Shown: in pieces, positions 21,165-31,436 of the stretch
Position numbering within the stretch: the stretch's first letter is position 1
How the letters are laid out: each line of letters begins with the position of its first letter
Assembly: GCA_905616445.1 (NCBI GenBank)
Contig: CAJQSV010000008.1
Span: 2,533 to 66,532 of the forward strand
From: an uncultured Pelagibacteraceae bacterium
GTDB taxonomy: Bacteria; Pseudomonadota; Alphaproteobacteria; Pelagibacterales; Pelagibacteraceae
Length of the DNA: 64,000 bases
Direction: 5' to 3'
Notes under the pieces: model-generated
What the model was told of the DNA's origin: nothing
The model's input: only the letters and a program-made list of their open reading frames with translations
The model's database searches: none
Made by a program: the position numbers and the translations under genes

Positions 21165-21847
21165 CAGTTTGCTGAGTTAATAATAGTTTTTATATTTTCT
21201 AAGGCATTGCCTTCGTAGATAGGCCTACCGATGACTGCGTAACATTTTTCATCTGCGATGGCACTAAATTCTTTATAGCTTAAAGTTCTTTTTTGATCTT
21301 GAGTGTTTAGACCACCTCTAATTCCAGGACAAAATATTTTAATTTCTTTTGATATTTCACGTACAAGTCTTATATCTTGTGCCGAGGATATCACACCAGA
21401 GAGCTTAGCTTGGCAAGCAAGATTGATTAATAATTTTACCTGGTCTTTAACCTCACTTGTGAAACCAACCAGTTCTAGATCTTTTTTATCCCATGAGGTT
21501 AAAACACTTACTGCTAAAAGTTTTAAGCTGGTACCATTCACTGCTTTTTGTGCCGCTTGTAACATTTCTAAAGAACCTAAAGCGTGAATGGTGAAATATT
21601 CAACAGCTTTAAGACTCGAGATAACTTTAATAGTTTTGGCCACCTGATTAGGAATATCAAAAATTTTAGTATCTAAGAAAATAGGTAATTTAAATTTTTC
21701 AAATTCTTTAACACCCTCTAAACCTATAGTGCTATAGAGCTCTAAACCAATTTTAATTCCAGCTAGATATTCCTTGGTTTGATTGGTTACATCTAAAGCT
21801 TTATTAAGTGAGTTAAAATCTAGAGCTAAAAATATATTTTTTTTCAT
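21164..21847 (-). CDS. pyrF: Orotidine-5'-phosphate decarboxylase
   Basis: ALD, KIG, FLDTKIFDIPN, PGIR, DQKR, GRPI. Confidence 0.95.
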   Translation of the reverse strand: MKKNIFLALDFNSLNKALDVTNQTKEYLAGIKIGLELYSTIGLEGVKEFEKFKLPIFLDTKIFDIPNQVAKTIKVISSLKAVEYFTIHALGSLEMLQAAQKAVNGTSLKLLAVSVLTSWDKKDLELVGFTSEVKDQVKLLINLACQAKLSGVISSAQDIRLVREISKEIKIFCPGIRGGLNTQDQKRTLSYKEFSAIADEKCYAVIGRPIYEGNALENIKTIINSAN

Positions 21848-22137
21848 TATTCTGTTTTTTTATTTATCTCTTGTTTTAAATGTTTTGACATTTTAAAGGA
21901 AACTTTTTCCTTCTCCGGTACATAAATAATTTCAGCTGTTTTAGGGTTTCTGGCATTATATTTAGCTTTAATAGTTTTCACTGAAAATCTTCCAAAATCT
22001 CTAAGTTCAACCGGCTTATGTTTGGCTAGACTATCGGCAATGGTATCAAACATAATATCAACTATAGTTTCGATTTGAGAACGATTTAAGGTGGGGTGTT
22101 TTTTATGGAGTTGTTTGATGATCTCTGACTTAACCAA
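21847..22137 (-). CDS. ihfB: Integration host factor beta
   Basis: KSEII, VELRDFGRF, ARNPKT, FK; follows rpsA. Confidence 0.9.
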   Translation of the reverse strand: MVKSEIIKQLHKKHPTLNRSQIETIVDIMFDTIADSLAKHKPVELRDFGRFSVKTIKAKYNARNPKTAEIIYVPEKEKVSFKMSKHLKQEINKKTE

Positions 22138-22140
22138 GAA

Positions 22141-23868
22141 TTAATCTTCTTCTTTCTTCTTCTTCGGTTTTTTACCCAAAGCTTTTTGGAAGATGCCAGC
22201 AAGTGTTGCGCCTGATTTAGCAGCGTTTACTCCAAATTTAGCCACCAAACCTTTCTCTTCGTAAACTTGAGCCGCTTTAACGCTTAATACAACTTCTCTT
22301 TTTTCTAGATCTAGCTCTGTAATCATGGCATCCAAAGCATTACCTGACACAAAAATTTCAGGTCTAGCGTCAGCCGATTCTTTTGCTAAATGATTTTTTT
22401 TGATCATAACAATAATATGTTTGTCGGCATCTATTGATACTTTTACACCTGTTTTTAGTACCTCATGAACTCTTGTAGTTATAATTGATCCTTCTTTTTT
22501 CTTGTTTTCTTTAAACCAATCAAAAGGATCTTTTTCAAGTGCTCGGACTGAGAATCTGAGTTTGTCATCTTTTAATTCTACAATTTTAACTTTTATTTTT
22601 TGGCCTTTTTTAAATTGCTTAAGGTCTTGGTTCTCTTCTTGGTAAGAAAGTTCTCGGTAATGCAGCATACCTGTCAAGCCATTGTCTAAATCAGCAAAGA
22701 TAGCTTTATCTGTAATATTATTAATCGTTACTTCTACAGCCGATCCTACTTTGCTCTCAACTTCTTTCCATGGGTTCGGTAAAGTATCTTTATAAGATAG
22801 AGAAATTCTTTTAGCACCGCTATCGATAGTTACTATTTTTACTTTAACATCTTGAGAAGCTGATAAAATTTTAGAAGGTTGGACATTTTTATTTGTCCAC
22901 GACAATTCTGAGCTATGAATCAGTCCTTCAATACCATCTTCTAGTCTTACAAACGCGCCATAATCCATTAATTTAGTAACAGTGCCTGTATAGAAAGAAC
23001 CAATTTTATACTTCTTCTCTAAACTATCATATGGATCTTCTGTTAAAGCTTTAACAGAAGCAGAGACACGGTTAGTTTCCTTGTCAATTTTTGTAATTTT
23101 TACTTTCATAGTTTGACCAATCGTTACTAGGTCTGAAGGTTTTTTTACTCTACCATGAGATAAATCTGACACGTGTAATAATGCATCTACACCTTTAATA
23201 TCTAAAAAAATTCCCCAATCCGTAGTTGCTTTGACTTTTGCATCATCAATGACATCACCTTCTTTTAAGTTTTTTAAGGCTTCTTTTGCATCGCTATCTT
23301 TACTCTTTTCTAAAACCGCTCTTCTACTGGTACAAACATTACCTCGGATTTTATCAATACGCGTAGCGATAACTTTTAGAGGCACGTTCATTAAGTGGTC
23401 AAATCTTTTAATAGGTTTTACATCAATTTGCGAAGCAGGCATAAAAGTTGGCAGGCCATCACAAGTTGCAATAAATCCACCTTTAACTCTGCCAGTAATA
23501 TAAGCTGTAATTTCTTCACCAGTTTCAAAAACTTTTTCCATTCGGTTCCAAGCTTTCATTCTTCTCGCCTTTTCTCTGGAGATAATGATTTCACCTTTAA
23601 AACTTTCTATACGTTCTAAATATACATCAATTTTAGAACCAACTATTAATTTCGACAATTCATCATCATTTTTAAATTCTTCAATAGGAATCATGCCTTC
23701 CATTTTTGCTTTTACGTCACAAACAATAAAATTTTTAGTGATTTCAGTTATGGTCGCTTTGATGATTTCGCCCTCTTTAAGCTTACGGTCTTTAAAATCT
23801 TCATTTAGTAAGCTTTCAAACTCTTTTTGAGAGGTAGATAGTTCTTGGTGAATTGTTTCAACTGCCAT
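22141..23868 (-). CDS. rpsA: 30S ribosomal protein S1
   Basis: Six S1 repeats (LLHVSDLS, GLIHSSELSW). Confidence 0.97.
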   Translation of the reverse strand: MAVETIHQELSTSQKEFESLLNEDFKDRKLKEGEIIKATITEITKNFIVCDVKAKMEGMIPIEEFKNDDELSKLIVGSKIDVYLERIESFKGEIIISREKARRMKAWNRMEKVFETGEEITAYITGRVKGGFIATCDGLPTFMPASQIDVKPIKRFDHLMNVPLKVIATRIDKIRGNVCTSRRAVLEKSKDSDAKEALKNLKEGDVIDDAKVKATTDWGIFLDIKGVDALLHVSDLSHGRVKKPSDLVTIGQTMKVKITKIDKETNRVSASVKALTEDPYDSLEKKYKIGSFYTGTVTKLMDYGAFVRLEDGIEGLIHSSELSWTNKNVQPSKILSASQDVKVKIVTIDSGAKRISLSYKDTLPNPWKEVESKVGSAVEVTINNITDKAIFADLDNGLTGMLHYRELSYQEENQDLKQFKKGQKIKVKIVELKDDKLRFSVRALEKDPFDWFKENKKKEGSIITTRVHEVLKTGVKVSIDADKHIIVMIKKNHLAKESADARPEIFVSGNALDAMITELDLEKREVVLSVKAAQVYEEKGLVAKFGVNAAKSGATLAGIFQKALGKKPKKKKEED

Positions 23869-24520
23869 ATTTTTCTTTAATTTTTTCTTCGATTATCTTG
23901 GACATTTTATTAAGCATACCTTTGATATTTTTTAATTTATCAGTTTGCACAATTACCGCATTTTTTGCTTGAATCAAAGGAGAATTTTTACGTTTTTTAT
24001 CTGAATTATCGCGAATACGCATAGCTTTTTTAACATCAGCAAAGTTTATATGTTTGTTTGTTTTTCTAAGTTCTTTAAATCTTCTTCTAGCAGCAACATC
24101 TAAATTACACTTAAAGAAAAATTTTATGTCTGCGTTTGGCAATATAACTGTACCGATATCTCTGCCTTCAATACAAACTTTATTATATTTTTTAGAAAAA
24201 TTTTTTTGAAATGCTTTTAAAATATTTCTTATTTTTTGGTCTTTAGCAACAATTGACGTATGAACAGAAATTTCTGGTGAGTGTAAATTTTTATTATTTA
24301 ATTTTTTTAAATTTAAATTATTAAAACATTTTTTTAGAAAAAAAATGGCATTTTTAGGTTTATATTTTAGCAACTGATAGCTAGCATATCGATAAAGCAA
24401 ACCTGAAGATAAAAATTGTAAACTATATTTTTTTGAGATTAGTTTAGCGCCTGTAGTTTTACCACTCGCGGCAGAACCATCTGCGGCGATTACCAACTTA
24501 TGATATTTTTTTAATTTCAA
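23858..24520 (-). CDS. cmk: Cytidylate kinase
   Basis: DGSAASGKTT, SSGLLYR, EGRDIGTV; TTG start at 24520 overlapping the aroA end preferred over 24583. Confidence 0.93.
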   Translation of the reverse strand: MKLKKYHKLVIAADGSAASGKTTGAKLISKKYSLQFLSSGLLYRYASYQLLKYKPKNAIFFLKKCFNNLNLKKLNNKNLHSPEISVHTSIVAKDQKIRNILKAFQKNFSKKYNKVCIEGRDIGTVILPNADIKFFFKCNLDVAARRRFKELRKTNKHINFADVKKAMRIRDNSDKKRKNSPLIQAKNAVIVQTDKLKNIKGMLNKMSKIIEEKIKEKYGS

Positions 24521-25856
24521 ATTTTCCCCCAAGCGATTTAATAATGTGTAAAAAGGATGGTGATGACGTTCTAATAGTTTCAAAGTTTTGGATTTCAGCC
24601 TTGATGCCTGTGACCAAAGATAAAATCACCGAACTCATGCAGATTCTGTGATCACCAAGATTAGGTATTTTAATTTTAGAATTATTTTTTTTAATTTTTG
24701 CTTTACCAAATATTTTCATTTCATTCTTAGTTGTTTTACACTTAATGCCAATTTGATTTAATATTTTTCTCATCTCTTCAATTCGATTGCTTTCTTTATT
24801 GGCTAAACCTTCAATGCCACTAAAAACAGAAGTACCTTTGATAAGAGCGGCAATTACAAAAAGAATAGGATATTCGTCTGTTGCCGAAACATAATAATCA
24901 GAACTTGCAGTAATAGGTTTTAGTTTGCTATTTTTAACCTCTATGTCACCTATTTTTTCATGATTAATTATTTTAACATTTTTAAATTTTATTTTAGCTC
25001 CACATTTTCTCAAAAGATTGTAAAAACCAATTCTTCTTGGATTTAAACCCACGTGTTTAATTTTTAAATGGGCTTGAGGCGTGAGTAACGTTAGCGCTGT
25101 AAAAAAAGCAGCTGAGCTCGGATCGCCACAAACATTAATCTTTAAGGGATTGAGATAATTTTTACCAAAAACTTTAATATGATTTTCTCCTCTGTTATTT
25201 TTTTTAATTTTTAAAACATTAGAACTTTGTAGCAGCATATTTTCAGTATGATTTCTACTTTGTTTTTCCTCAATTACATTGGTTATACCGTTAGCATTAA
25301 TTCCAGCAAGTATAGCTGCACTTTTAAGCTGTGCCGATTCTCCTGCTTTATACTCAATACCAATAGGTATTTCTGAAGAAATGAGAGTTAAGGGAAAATT
25401 GGTTTTATTTTTAGGTAAAAAAGTTGCACCAAATTCGCTCATAAGATCAATCAGTTTATCCATAATTCTTTTATTTAAAGAATGATCACCTTTAATTTTT
25501 ACCTGAATATTTGGATTTGTAGACAGCAAACCAACAAGGAGTCTTGCGGTTGTTCCAGAATTTCCACAATCTAAAACAGTATTTTTCTTTGCATAAAGAG
25601 AACCAAGTCCTTTGCCGTAGACAAGATAATATTTAGATTTTAATTTTTTTATTTTAACGCCCAACTTTCTTAAGCAATTAATACAAGAAAAGACATCATC
25701 AGATTCTAAAACATTTTTTATCTCTGAAATATTGTGACTTATAGCTCCAATTAAAAAAGAACGAATAGAAATAGATTTATCAGAGTCAACTTGAATAGTT
25801 TTATTGTAAGGTTTGATTGTTTTAGAGATATGGAGCGAAAAACTTTTATATAACAT
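24498..25856 (-). CDS. aroA: EPSP synthase (class II)
   Basis: DKSIS, GNSGTTAR, SAQLKSA, DPSSA, KESNR, DHRI. Confidence 0.95.
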   Translation of the reverse strand: MLYKSFSLHISKTIKPYNKTIQVDSDKSISIRSFLIGAISHNISEIKNVLESDDVFSCINCLRKLGVKIKKLKSKYYLVYGKGLGSLYAKKNTVLDCGNSGTTARLLVGLLSTNPNIQVKIKGDHSLNKRIMDKLIDLMSEFGATFLPKNKTNFPLTLISSEIPIGIEYKAGESAQLKSAAILAGINANGITNVIEEKQSRNHTENMLLQSSNVLKIKKNNRGENHIKVFGKNYLNPLKINVCGDPSSAAFFTALTLLTPQAHLKIKHVGLNPRRIGFYNLLRKCGAKIKFKNVKIINHEKIGDIEVKNSKLKPITASSDYYVSATDEYPILFVIAALIKGTSVFSGIEGLANKESNRIEEMRKILNQIGIKCKTTKNEMKIFGKAKIKKNNSKIKIPNLGDHRICMSSVILSLVTGIKAEIQNFETIRTSSPSFLHIIKSLGGKFEIKKIS

Positions 25857-25858
25857 TA

Positions 25859-26620
25859 CTATTGTACTCTGAAAGATGATCCAAAATAGAGTTCAATTGC
25901 TTTTGAAGATTTTAAAATTTCAGTCGGTGTGCCTTGAGCAATAATAGACTGTTCACCAAGTACATAAGCACGGTCCACAATATCAAAAAGGTTGTTAACT
26001 TGGTGATCCGTTACTAAGATAGCACAACCAAAACTCTGAAGTTTTAAAATATATTTTTGGATATCTTGAACAACGATTGGGTCTAATGCCGCCATAGGCT
26101 CATCCAGCAACACGACACTTGGGTTGTTGACAAGTAGACGTGCAAGCATCAATCTTCTTACTTCACCGCCAGATAAATTTGCAGCTTGAATATTTCTTAA
26201 ATGCTGAAGGTTAAACTCGTCGAGTAATTTTTCAGTCAATTTAATTTGATTTTCCTCACCCTTGATTGTTAATTGACAAATTCCTAAAAGATTGTCGTAA
26301 ACATTCATATCAAACACGCTTCGTTGTTGACTCAAATAACCAATACCAGCTTTTGCCCTTAGATGGATTGGTTGGTCTTGAATTTCTTTACCATTTAGAA
26401 TTATTTTCCCCATATCTGCATAGATTTCTCCAATGATAGCACTATATAAAGTAGATTTTCCCGATCCATTAGGTCCTAACAAGCCCACACACTCTCCAGG
26501 ATAAAGATCCATACTAATTTTTTTTAAAATAGGCCTACCTTCGTAAGATTTACTAATATTTTTAATTTGGAAGACAGGTTTATCTTTTTTAAATTTAATT
26601 ATCCTAAAACCTTTTTTCAT
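25859..26620 (-). CDS. lptB: LPS export ABC ATPase
   Basis: GPNGSGKST, GIGYL, LSGGE, LLDEP...DP, TDH. Confidence 0.9.
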   Translation of the reverse strand: MKKGFRIIKFKKDKPVFQIKNISKSYEGRPILKKISMDLYPGECVGLLGPNGSGKSTLYSAIIGEIYADMGKIILNGKEIQDQPIHLRAKAGIGYLSQQRSVFDMNVYDNLLGICQLTIKGEENQIKLTEKLLDEFNLQHLRNIQAANLSGGEVRRLMLARLLVNNPSVVLLDEPMAALDPIVVQDIQKYILKLQSFGCAILVTDHQVNNLFDIVDRAYVLGEQSIIAQGTPTEILKSSKAIELYFGSSFRVQ

Positions 26621-27195
26621 TAATTTTTAATTTTCATATTTACCTGTTTACTGCCAGACATTGAGAAATTTAAAGTTTTATCTGTCAAATTATATTCAAC
26701 ACTATCTGAATTGAATTCTCCTTTTTCTATACTTTCTCCTCTTACATTACCAGTAGCAATTAATTTAGCATTTGAATTCGAATAAGATAGTGAATCAGAA
26801 ACTAAATTATTGGTTAAATAATCAGCTTTAACATTTTTTTCAAAGTTCATATCGCGCGTTATATTATTATAAAGCCCTTCATCACTAAGCACAGTTAAAA
26901 TGGTATTATCTTTTAAATAAAATTTTGCTACCACTTCTTTCATGTCAATAAGCTCAGGGGTTTCAGTTTTAAAATCAGCTTGTCCCGCTTGTAACAAGTA
27001 TCTATTTCCAGATAGATCGAAACCTGAGTATTCAACATCAGTGAAAGAATTGGTATCAGGATTAGCCTCAGCTTCTATCTCAACAAGGTTTTCTTTTTTT
27101 TTACCTTTATCATGGTAAGTATTGTAAAGCAGAGCAACGGCGACAAAAAAAATAGTAAGCTGTATGAGAAAAATATTTTTTCTTCTACTGGTCAC
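26620..27195 (-). CDS. lptC: LPS export protein LptC
   Basis: N-terminal TM plus beta-jellyroll-like sequence; located between kdsD and lptB. Confidence 0.8.
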   Translation of the reverse strand: MTSRRKNIFLIQLTIFFVAVALLYNTYHDKGKKKENLVEIEAEANPDTNSFTDVEYSGFDLSGNRYLLQAGQADFKTETPELIDMKEVVAKFYLKDNTILTVLSDEGLYNNITRDMNFEKNVKADYLTNNLVSDSLSYSNSNAKLIATGNVRGESIEKGEFNSDSVEYNLTDKTLNFSMSGSKQVNMKIKN

Positions 27196-28175
27196 TTTAT
27201 TCCGTACTGCAAAAGAGAGTGAATATGTACTATTCCCTTTAGTTTCTTGGTTGATTTAGCTTTGTTGTAATCTTCTTCTGAAGCGACTAACAAACTTGTA
27301 ATTTTTTTTTCATTCATAAGTGATAAAGCTTTAGAAGCAGGCGTAGATTCAGAGACAAACAAAGGGTTAGAAGTCATAAATTTTTTTAAGTGATCATTTT
27401 TAGAGTAATATTTAATTCCTCTTCTTGCGTCACCATCAGTTAAGATTCCCTTAACTTGATTTTTTTCTATTACTACAACTAGACCAAGTTTTTTATTATC
27501 AATCACTTTGGTAGCATCATAAATACTTTTGTTGACGCTCACTATAGGCAACTTGCTGCCAGTAATCATAATGTCTTTAACTAGCAATAAAGTCTGTCCA
27601 ATATTACCTCCTGGATGAAAAACTTTAAATCTTTCTTTAGAAAAGTTCATTTTGTTCATTAATGCTACCGCCAAACAATCTCCCAGCAATAAAGTAATAC
27701 TTGTACTTGTAGTGGGTACCATGCCCGTAGGATCTGATTCTCTAACTTGAGGTAGAAGCAATTTCACATCACTCGCTTTTAAAAGTAGACTATCTTTTTT
27801 TGACGCCACACCAATAATTTTAATATTAAATCTATTAGCATAACGAAGCATATTTGTAATTTCCGAAGTATTGCCTGAATAAGAAAAAATTAATAGCAAA
27901 TCTCTTTTATCAATTTGTCCAAGATCACCATGGTTAGCTTCACTTGGATTTAAAAAAAATGAAGAAACACCAACGGAGGAAAATGTTGCGGCAACTTTTC
28001 GAGCGATTAAACCACTTTTTCCTACTCCTGCAGCAATGACCTTACCTTTACAATTGGCCATTAACTCGACGGCCTGTATAAACGATTTGTCAAAAATTTT
28101 ATTTATTTTTTTAAGCTCAGAAATCTGAATAGCAGCAGTTTTTTTAGCAATAGAGATATAATTTACTTTAGACAT
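27192..28175 (-). CDS. kdsD: Arabinose-5-phosphate isomerase (SIS + 2 CBS)
   Basis: GVGKSG, EANHGDLG, SYSG, PTTST, HPGG, TDGD. Confidence 0.93.
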   Translation of the reverse strand: MSKVNYISIAKKTAAIQISELKKINKIFDKSFIQAVELMANCKGKVIAAGVGKSGLIARKVAATFSSVGVSSFFLNPSEANHGDLGQIDKRDLLLIFSYSGNTSEITNMLRYANRFNIKIIGVASKKDSLLLKASDVKLLLPQVRESDPTGMVPTTSTSITLLLGDCLAVALMNKMNFSKERFKVFHPGGNIGQTLLLVKDIMITGSKLPIVSVNKSIYDATKVIDNKKLGLVVVIEKNQVKGILTDGDARRGIKYYSKNDHLKKFMTSNPLFVSESTPASKALSLMNEKKITSLLVASEEDYNKAKSTKKLKGIVHIHSLLQYGIK

Positions 28176-28798
28176 TAATGTTCAAATATAGAAAATTTAA
28201 ATCCTTTTTGATCTAGTTCTATTCTTGTATCCAAGAACTCTATACATTTTTTATAGATAGCTAGACGGTCTTCTCGCACTAACATTTTTTCTAGCTCATA
28301 TTTAATCTTGTGCAAATAAATTACATCATTTGCTGCGTACTCTAATTGTTTATCATTAAGATCATTAATATCTTTATTCCAATCACTTGATCCTTGGTTT
28401 TTATCTAATTTTTTATTGCAAAACTCTTGAACTAAACTTTTAAGACCATGTGCATCAGTATAGGTTCTGCAGATTTTTGAAGCTATTTTAGTGCAAAAAA
28501 TATTCTTCATTTTACATTTTAAAAAATACTCAAGTGCACTTTTGTCAAATCTTAAAAAATGTCCAATTTTTTGAATTTTTTCATTTTCTAAAACAGAGGC
28601 TAAATTAGGCATTTTATAATTCGTTCGATCAGGTTGAATAACGTAGACTTCACCACCCTCATTACAAATTTGAACTAAACTTAATTTATCGCGTTCTGGA
28701 ATTAATAAACCTGTGGCTTCGGTGTCGATAGCCACACTATCTTTAAATGATTTTGCTACTTCCGAACTTATGTCCCCTTGAATCTTATGTATTTTCAT
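28175..28798 (-). CDS. rnd: Ribonuclease D-like 3'-5' exonuclease
   Basis: AIDTE, TKIAS, HGL, SSDW, YAANDV. Confidence 0.9.
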   Translation of the reverse strand: MKIHKIQGDISSEVAKSFKDSVAIDTEATGLLIPERDKLSLVQICNEGGEVYVIQPDRTNYKMPNLASVLENEKIQKIGHFLRFDKSALEYFLKCKMKNIFCTKIASKICRTYTDAHGLKSLVQEFCNKKLDKNQGSSDWNKDINDLNDKQLEYAANDVIYLHKIKYELEKMLVREDRLAIYKKCIEFLDTRIELDQKGFKFSIFEH

Positions 28799-28816
28799 AT
28801 AACTATCTTAAATACC

Positions 28817-29758
28817 ATGAATAATTACCCAATAGCAACAATCCTTGGTGGTGGTGGATTTATAGGAAGATATCTTGTCAGAAAAATGACTGAGAAAAAT
28901 TTTCAATGCATTATTCCAACAAGGAACGCTTATTTAAAAGGTTATTTGAAAACACAAGCCCCTCCGGGCGCAATCGAATTTATTGATTTTAATTTAAAAG
29001 ACTTTTCTAAAATTGAAAAGGCGATTAAAAATTCAGATATCGTTATCAATTTAATTGGTATTCTTTTTGAAAATAGCAAACAAAAATTTTCACATTTACA
29101 TTCAGATTTACCAGGTTTAATTGCCAAACATTGTTCAGAGTCAGAAGTTAAAAAATTTATTCATGTCAGTGCTATTGGCGCAAACATAAAATCAAAATCT
29201 CTTTACCAACAATCAAAGTTTAATGGAGAACAAAAAGCACTCAATAATTTTAAAAACACTATCATCATCAGACCAAGTGTTGTTTGTGGAGTGGAAGATA
29301 ATTTTACTAATCTATTTGCAAAACTGAGCATGTCCCCCGTTATTCCGGTAGTTAAAAAAGCATACAAATTTCAACCGATTTTAGTAGACGATGTAGCAAC
29401 AGCGATTGTTAGAGCTATTGAGATTAAAAAAAATGAAGGAAAAATTTATGAAATTGGTGGACCTAAAGTTATTAGTTTTGGCGATATGGTTAAATCAATT
29501 TTAAATACTATTGGTAAAAAAAAATTAGTCATTGATTTACCAATGCCGCTTGCAAAAATGCAAGCTTTATTATTTAGTCTCATGCCAAAGCCTTTGCTTA
29601 CAAAAGATCAGTGTGAAATTTTAAATGAAGCAGATAATATTGTCTCTAACAATTATCTAACATTAAAAGATTTAAACATAAAACCAAATGATGTTGAAAA
29701 AGCTATGTCTAAATGGTTGTGGAGATTTAGAGCTGGCGGTGAATTTGCTAAAATATAG
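28817..29758 (+). CDS. NDUFA9-like NAD-dependent epimerase/dehydratase
   Basis: GGGGFIGR, VINLIGIL, HVSAIGA, YQQSK, RPS, QPI.VDDVA; ATG at 28817. Confidence 0.88.
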   Translation: MNNYPIATILGGGGFIGRYLVRKMTEKNFQCIIPTRNAYLKGYLKTQAPPGAIEFIDFNLKDFSKIEKAIKNSDIVINLIGILFENSKQKFSHLHSDLPGLIAKHCSESEVKKFIHVSAIGANIKSKSLYQQSKFNGEQKALNNFKNTIIIRPSVVCGVEDNFTNLFAKLSMSPVIPVVKKAYKFQPILVDDVATAIVRAIEIKKNEGKIYEIGGPKVISFGDMVKSILNTIGKKKLVIDLPMPLAKMQALLFSLMPKPLLTKDQCEILNEADNIVSNNYLTLKDLNIKPNDVEKAMSKWLWRFRAGGEFAKI

Positions 29759-29767
29759 TTTTATTAA

Positions 29768-31384
29768 TTAATTTTTTATAACGGAAAGCATACTTTTATT
29801 TAAATTTAAGTACGGAGTTTTTAAATTAAAAAAGTCTAATATTGTGTGTGGTAAGTATTCGTGTGAAATCTTATTTTTAGATTCACGGTATGTAGGATAA
29901 TTTTTACCAATTAGTTTTCTTTTCCTTTTTAAATTTTCAGACGCCCACATCAATATCGGAATATGTATTTGTTCTTTTGGAGCAATTCTCATAGGAGCAG
30001 CATGTAAATAAACACCATTTTCTCCCAAGGACTCACCATGGTCTGAAGCATAAATTAAGAAATTTTGTGATTCTTCTTCATTTTTTAAAACGTTTATTGC
30101 TTTAGAAATAATATAGTCAGTATAAAGAATTGTATTATCAAAAGAATTATTTAATTCATCAGCACTACAACTTTGCGGCTCATTTGATCTACAACTAGGT
30201 TTAAATTTTTCAAATTCATCTGGATATCTTTTAAAATAAGCTGGGCCATGACTTCCCATTGTGTGCAGAATAATAAGAATTTTATTTGATTTATTTTCAC
30301 TTAGAATCTTTTTTAAACCATCAATAACAACTTCATCATGGACACCATAACCAATATAATTTCTGGAATCTTTATCTACGTAATCTATTGTTTTAACTCT
30401 ATCACATACATGCTTGCAGCTTGAATTATTTCCAATCCAAACAGTTTCTATATTTGAACTTTTTATTAGATCTAATAAATTTTCCTGAAACTTCGATTCA
30501 TGAGCATTATATTTTTTATACTCAGAAAGCGTAAACATACAAGGCACTGAAACCGCTGTGTAGGTACCACAAGAATAAGCGTCACTAAAGTTCTGTATAT
30601 TTTGTTTTTCTAAAAAAGGATTAGTTTTTTTGGAATAGCCGTTTAGTGAAAATCTATCAGCCCTAGCTGTTTCACCAACAATAAACACACCTATCATTTT
30701 TTCTTCGGGAAATAATTGGTCTGCTGTATATTTAAGTTTTATAAAGTCACGATTTGCATCAACCCGCACATCGATATAATCTTTAACATTAGAGATAAAA
30801 TAATGAGGGATAACTTGTGTTTTAAGTTCGCTAATACCCCTAGCAATAAAAGATATATTTTTATAATTTAAAAAAATTAATGTTCCTGTCACCAAAAATA
30901 AAAATAAAGGGAACACTATTCTCACAGCAACTTCTTTCTTAAAGTTTGGATATTCAATTTTAATAAAAAATAAAATAATTGAAGGGAGAAAAGCTAAAAA
31001 AAATAAAAATATAAAATATTTAAAAGTTAATAAATCATTTATCTCACCCCAATTTCGTTCAACAAAAGAGTCAACCGTGCTCTGAATAACACCTTCATCT
31101 ATAACAACTTGTAGATTGTTTAAAAAATAATAGTTTATTGCACTCACGAAAACTAGAATTATAATAAGGGGTTTTAATAAATACCTTTGACCCAACAAAA
31201 GAAAAAGAGAAACTAAAATAGTAAAAATTAAAAGGAATCCAGTAGTAAGAAAATATATTTTATTTAACTCACTGTTAAATTTAACATAGTAAGCATTCTC
31301 AAAATAATTAAAGATATGAAAATTAAAAATTAAAGTAATAAACAGAGAGTAAATTATAATTATTTTAAGATAACTAATTTTCAT
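29768..31384 (-). CDS. eptA: Phosphoethanolamine transferase (EptA/MCR family)
   Basis: 5 N-terminal TMs; GETARAD, CGTYTAVSVPCMF (catalytic Thr), HTMGSHGP, SDHGESLGENG.YLH. Confidence 0.9.
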   Translation of the reverse strand: MKISYLKIIIIYSLFITLIFNFHIFNYFENAYYVKFNSELNKIYFLTTGFLLIFTILVSLFLLLGQRYLLKPLIIILVFVSAINYYFLNNLQVVIDEGVIQSTVDSFVERNWGEINDLLTFKYFIFLFFLAFLPSIILFFIKIEYPNFKKEVAVRIVFPLFLFLVTGTLIFLNYKNISFIARGISELKTQVIPHYFISNVKDYIDVRVDANRDFIKLKYTADQLFPEEKMIGVFIVGETARADRFSLNGYSKKTNPFLEKQNIQNFSDAYSCGTYTAVSVPCMFTLSEYKKYNAHESKFQENLLDLIKSSNIETVWIGNNSSCKHVCDRVKTIDYVDKDSRNYIGYGVHDEVVIDGLKKILSENKSNKILIILHTMGSHGPAYFKRYPDEFEKFKPSCRSNEPQSCSADELNNSFDNTILYTDYIISKAINVLKNEEESQNFLIYASDHGESLGENGVYLHAAPMRIAPKEQIHIPILMWASENLKRKRKLIGKNYPTYRESKNKISHEYLPHTILDFFNLKTPYLNLNKSMLSVIKN

Positions 31385-31436
31385 TTTATTTCAAATATAT
31401 ATAAGTTAATTTAGTATTTTTGTAATAGAAAATATT

